Assembly (NCBI GenBank): GCA_048884785.1
Contig: JBHLQM010000040.1
Coordinates: 1 to 30,682 of the forward strand
Source of the DNA: Candidatus Thorarchaeota archaeon
Lineage (GTDB): Archaea > Asgardarchaeota > Thorarchaeia > Thorarchaeales > Thorarchaeaceae
DNA: 30,682 bases
Reading direction: 5' to 3'
The notes below the pieces were generated by a model. That model did not search any database. It had not been told where the DNA came from and saw only the letters and a list, made by a program, of their open reading frames with translations. Positions within the stretch are counted from its first letter, which is position 1. Each line of letters begins with the position of its first letter. The translations under genes were made by a program, and so were the position numbers. This document shows positions 27,271-30,682 of this stretch, piece after piece.

Positions 27271-27993
27271 TCACCGGAAAATACCGGTTAAGATTGGTTT
27301 TACTACTGAGACCCAAATACGGTAGCCTACATCATTCAGATGAATTCCGTCCCACTTGAAAAATTCTGGTCGTGCATTTCCCTCTGAATCTAGCAGAGGC
27401 GGAACTATGTCGATGTAATGGAGTAGTGATGAGTTGTTGCAATACTCATTGATTAGTTGATTGGCCTTCTGCATCACCGGCCAGAATTTCCTCCTCCTTT
27501 TCGGAGGTTTTATCGAGATGAAGAAAATCGGGATTGAAGGAAGTACTCCATGGACTTTCTCACAAAAACGTTGGAAGTTTTCTTTTACTTCTTCAGCTGA
27601 TTGCTTAGAAGAGAATAGTAGGCCAGTGATATCATTCTCTCCAGCATAGAAGACCACTCCCTTTGGTTTGTAGGATATGACAATTTCATCAGCATAATGG
27701 ATAACATCAGGAATTCGAGAACCTCCGAAACCTCTGTTTAAGACATGTAGAGGAGCCATGTCGTCATTCAGGGTCTTCCAATATTTTATACTCGAACTTC
27801 CTGTAAAGATTATCATGTCCGAGCTTGGCGGGTCTCTTGCATCTTGCTCTCTGAATCTGCGAATCTCTCGCTCCCATACAGTTGAATCACCTCTAGCCAA
27901 TCTTCTGATATATCTTGCAGCTACTATCAATCCGAAAATGATTGCAATCGCAAATCCAATGATTAAGAGCTCAAACATCGTGTGTGTTTCCAA
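27271..27993 (-). CDS. SGNH/GDSL-type esterase/lipase with N-terminal membrane anchor
   Basis: Block I FTGSSSI, block II NRGFGGS, block III YAGENDI, block V DGIHLN. Start is TTG 27993 or ATG 27978. Confidence 0.9.
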   Translation of the reverse strand: METHTMFELLIIGFAIAIIFGLIVAARYIRRLARGDSTVWEREIRRFREQDARDPPSSDMIIFTGSSSIKYWKTLNDDMAPLHVLNRGFGGSRIPDVIHYADEIVISYKPKGVVFYAGENDITGLLFSSKQSAEEVKENFQRFCEKVHGVLPSIPIFFISIKPPKRRRKFWPVMQKANQLINEYCNNSSLLHYIDIVPPLLDSEGNARPEFFKWDGIHLNDVGYRIWVSVVKPILTGIFR

Positions 27994-28043
27994 TTTGAAT
28001 ACCTGATTCTTAAGATTAGCGGAACTTATTTTGAAAAATTGCG

Positions 28044-29339
28044 CTAGACCTGCAAACCATTCCTCTTCGAGTATTGAAACGACCTAACCATGATTATAAC
28101 TCCAATAAGTATCAGAACGATGGCGGCAAGGAAACTTCCCCGATATGCGTCAGCGTTGGAAAAGCCCTGTCCAATTAGAATGTCTGCTACAGGTCCTGAA
28201 ATGAATGTAGCTGCGATTCCCCAACTCAAGAAGAACGTGGCATTGTAATAGGCAAAGAGCCTACCCCGATAATCCTCAGGCGCCATTTTTGCTACAATAG
28301 AATAGCTTGAGGATTCAATCACTACGTGAGATGCCCCAATGAGAAATGATGAGATTAGAACAAGAATGAAGGCGGGAGCAAAAATGAGCCATGCAATTGC
28401 AGTGATAGATAGCGAAACTCCAAACAACAGGACCCTATTATCATTTGCCTTGGAAATTACGGAACCAACAAGAACACCTGCCAGCATAGAGGCGATACTA
28501 CCTATATTGCTGTAGAGGGCAATTTGCTGTCCGGTAGCACCAAAAGCGGATGGTTCAGCTAAGAAGAGACTTGTTATAATTGCGATTGAGTTCCTGCCAA
28601 AATTAAGGAAAACCAGGGCGGCAATAAAAATCAGGTAACCTTTTCGTAGCGTTGCAGGCAAATCACTAAGAGGTCTGTTCTTTTTGGGCTCATCCTCTTG
28701 ACCAGTTGATTTGAGTCCCTTTCGCATCCGTATTGAGAAGTAGACAATAAAGCTGGAGAATATCATTACAGATGCCGCTATGAAGAAAATACTTCCATTG
28801 CTAAAACCGAGGCCATTGTCGAATAAAAAGCCTCCAAGATAGGCGCCGCCAATACCACCAAATCCTCCAATAATTGAGAGTTGACCCATTATCTTCTTTC
28901 GTTCATAGGATTCAGTCAACTCAGATACTAGTGCGGACCATCCTACATTTGACATACTCCAAAAGACTTCAATCACTCCGAGACTGAGAATTATTACATA
29001 CCCTGCAGCAATTGGCTGAGTCAATCCTAGGAAGTACTGATATCCAAAGACCATGAATATGTGCCCAAACCCAGCAAGCATCTCACCCACTGCAACGAAT
29101 TCAATGGGCTTGCGGTACTTATCTAGAATGCCACCCCAGAGGAATGATTGAGTCCCCGCATTTGCTATCATACCTACGGTTGCCATCAACGTTACTTCTG
29201 TGGTTGAGAGACCCAATGATCTAAGATAGATTGACAAGAACGCATATACTATCGCTCTTCTGAAATAGGCTAGAAACTGGAATGTGCTTAGTCCAGTGAA
29301 TTCTCTTGCCTTGAGTTTGGTATATTGTAGGAAGCTCAA
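28044..29339 (-). CDS. MFS transporter
   Basis: About 12 TM helices in two halves; WGGILDKYRK, SELTESYERKKIMG and MAPEDYRGRLFA. Confidence 0.92.
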   Translation of the reverse strand: MSFLQYTKLKAREFTGLSTFQFLAYFRRAIVYAFLSIYLRSLGLSTTEVTLMATVGMIANAGTQSFLWGGILDKYRKPIEFVAVGEMLAGFGHIFMVFGYQYFLGLTQPIAAGYVIILSLGVIEVFWSMSNVGWSALVSELTESYERKKIMGQLSIIGGFGGIGGAYLGGFLFDNGLGFSNGSIFFIAASVMIFSSFIVYFSIRMRKGLKSTGQEDEPKKNRPLSDLPATLRKGYLIFIAALVFLNFGRNSIAIITSLFLAEPSAFGATGQQIALYSNIGSIASMLAGVLVGSVISKANDNRVLLFGVSLSITAIAWLIFAPAFILVLISSFLIGASHVVIESSSYSIVAKMAPEDYRGRLFAYYNATFFLSWGIAATFISGPVADILIGQGFSNADAYRGSFLAAIVLILIGVIIMVRSFQYSKRNGLQV

Positions 29340-29614
29340 AGTATTACAGTGGCGTTCCTTTCTATCTTAAATACCATTTCTTGTGATTATCTCCAGGAAA
29401 ACTGCAGCCGCAAAAAAGGTCTTTGGGAATTAGGATTTTGGGATTTAAAGGATCATGATATGTCTGGACCAACTTGGAGCATGAATTCATGTGCGCAGTT
29501 CTGACAACTGACACTACCATCCTCTTGTCGAGAGGAGAGATGATATGAATATCTTGCCCCGCATCTTGGGCATTTTGCAGACCGGTACTCATCTGATGGC
29601 TTTCTGATTATATC
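29326..29614. repeat. Direct repeat copy 1 (offset 1044 bp from copy 2)
   Basis: Shared blocks TGTAGGAAnCTCAAAGTA, TTAAATACCATTTCTTGTG, TCATGATATGTCTGGACCAACTTG and CATCTTGGGCATTTTGCAGACCGGTACTCATC all occur at a constant offset. Confidence 0.92.
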
Positions 29615-30211
29615 GCTCTGACCCAACTCGAATTGCAGCGCGACAGTCCTGAAAATGAAGCCATACACAAACGGATGCACTAGAATTCCGACAAGTAGTG
29701 TTGCTACGATTCCATAAATGGATACCAGAATATTCAGAAGTCCTAGTGGAAGCATTATCGCAAGCAAAATTCCTCCATGTGCAAGAACACTTGGTAAACG
29801 GACCCTGGTCTTTATGTTCCAGATTGCATCGGATAATCCAATATTCACTCCGCCAATCATTGCAATTAGTACCAAGATAGAGAGCACTAATCCCAATATG
29901 CTTCCAATCCAGACGAGAGTCGCTGCTATGGGCACAAAAGCAAAATAGATGAACGGTGAAAGCATTGAGAACACAATTCCATGAACATAGATTCTTGCCA
30001 GCTCTGATTCAATTGCTCTGACACTGTTTTGAGTCCTACTCCTGAATGGTAGATATGGTTCATTTGAGGGTTCTCGAATTGTGATACTATCTTCAGCGTG
30101 TGCATTACGGACCCATTTCCCGCAGTTTTGACATTGAACCTCGCTCATCGAGTCATAGACATATCTAGCATTACAATATGGACACTGAATTGCCAATCTT
30201 CCATCTGACAT
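29453..30211 (-). CDS. Membrane protein with N- and C-terminal C4 zinc ribbons flanking ~4 TM helices
   Basis: CPYC..CQNC at the N-terminus, CPRC..CQNC at the C-terminus, and a hydrophobic core. Confidence 0.85.
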   Translation of the reverse strand: MSDGRLAIQCPYCNARYVYDSMSEVQCQNCGKWVRNAHAEDSITIREPSNEPYLPFRSRTQNSVRAIESELARIYVHGIVFSMLSPFIYFAFVPIAATLVWIGSILGLVLSILVLIAMIGGVNIGLSDAIWNIKTRVRLPSVLAHGGILLAIMLPLGLLNILVSIYGIVATLLVGILVHPFVYGFIFRTVALQFELGQSDIIRKPSDEYRSAKCPRCGARYSYHLSSRQEDGSVSCQNCAHEFMLQVGPDIS

Positions 30212-30369
30212 CTATTCGAAATGCACCCCCAATTATATAGGAACAATCTTGTCGCACAATATCTACAGTTGCCAGTTTATAAACTATAGGCGCCCCATAT
30301 CCTGAATTAGATTAGATAGACCTCTAACTGTTATGTCGCATTGATGTGTTAGAAGAAAAAAAGATGAAA

Positions 30370-30658
30370 TGTAGGAACCTCAAAGTAGCACCGTGACGTT
30401 TCTCTCCCGATTAAATACCATTTCTTGTGGTTTTTTCCAAGAAAACTGCACCTGCAAAAATGGTCTATGGTAATTCAGATTCCGTGCTCGAAATATTCAT
30501 GATATGTCTGGACCAACTTGAAGCATGAATTCATGTTCGCAGTTCTGACAACTGACATTGCCACCCTCTCTTCGAGAGGAGAGGCGATATGCATATCTTG
30601 AACCACATCTTGGGCATTTTGCAGACCGGTACTCATCGGATGGTGTTCTAATTATGTC
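30370..30658. repeat. Direct repeat copy 2
   Basis: Ungapped, diverged match to 29326-29614. Confidence 0.92.
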
Positions 30659-30682
30659 AGAAAGCCATCCATCGCATGATTC
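30497..30682 (-). CDS. 3' end of a paralogue of the zinc-ribbon membrane protein (5' part outside the window)
   Basis: Manual translation ESCDGWLSDIIRTPSDEYRSAKCPRCGSRYAYRLSSRREGGNVSCQNCEHEFMLQVGPDIS* matches the C-terminus of 29453-30211. Confidence 0.85.
   Translation of the reverse strand, partial: ESCDGWLSDIIRTPSDEYRSAKCPRCGSRYAYRLSSRREGGNVSCQNCEHEFMLQVGPDIS

Noticed and set aside
29336-29455. TGA readthrough (selenocysteine-like) extension of the zinc-ribbon protein, suggested by similar downstream peptides in both copies (RPFLRLQFSW / RPFLQVQFSW)
   Set aside because: Copy 1 has an in-frame TAA 22 codons later. By hand count the differences fall 8/9/13 on codon positions 1/2/3, so there is no convincing coding bias. 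Duplication alone explains the similarity.
29362-29592. 76-aa minus-strand ORF spanning the repeat
   Set aside because: It is out of frame with the zinc-ribbon gene, and the equivalent frame in copy 2 is interrupted by TGA.
165-29948. Numerous short antisense or nested ORFs in the ORF track (e.g. 165-569, 10142-10759, 18695-19129, 19598-20041, 22441-22875, 23957-27193 minus)
   Set aside because: They overlap well-supported genes and carry no recognisable motifs; they are typical shadow ORFs.

Overview
This is a gene-dense archaeal window, most likely from an Asgard archaeon (Thorarchaeia-like). That placement is inferred from longin-domain/small-GTPase fusions, an Ig-tailed family-5 solute-binding protein, tungsten AOR, SCP2 and TATA-like promoters; no marker gene is present. 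Ordinary genes include a kbl/BioF-family fragment, OCD/mu-crystallin, a CaCA antiporter, ppa, a HAD hydrolase, nadA, an SGNH hydrolase and an MFS transporter. Highlights: (1) Two adjacent paralogues (13222-17012) share the layout longin - small GTPase - longin - wH - wH. One has intact G1-G4 motifs; the other has the same fold register but no nucleotide-binding motifs (pseudo-GTPase). Their C-terminal longin+wH module resembles eukaryotic NPRL2 (GATOR1), suggesting a possibly undescribed heterodimeric GTPase switch. (2) A 1214-aa in-frame fusion of aldehyde:ferredoxin oxidoreductase and acyl-CoA synthetase lies divergent from a MoaD/SAMP with a masked GG end and two SCP2 lipid carriers. (3) An NAD-kinase-winged-helix fusion lies divergent from nadA, with palindromes between them, followed by a beta-CASP nuclease with an unexplained ~320-aa N-terminus. 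(4) An Alw26I/Eco31I-type m6A + circularly permuted m5C methyltransferase pair has no endonuclease in the window. (5) There is also a circularly permuted solute-binding protein, tandem wH paralogues, and a direct repeat with 1044-bp offset at the right end. No rRNA, tRNA, CRISPR array or transposase was recognised. All calls come from motif recognition by eye; no searches were run.
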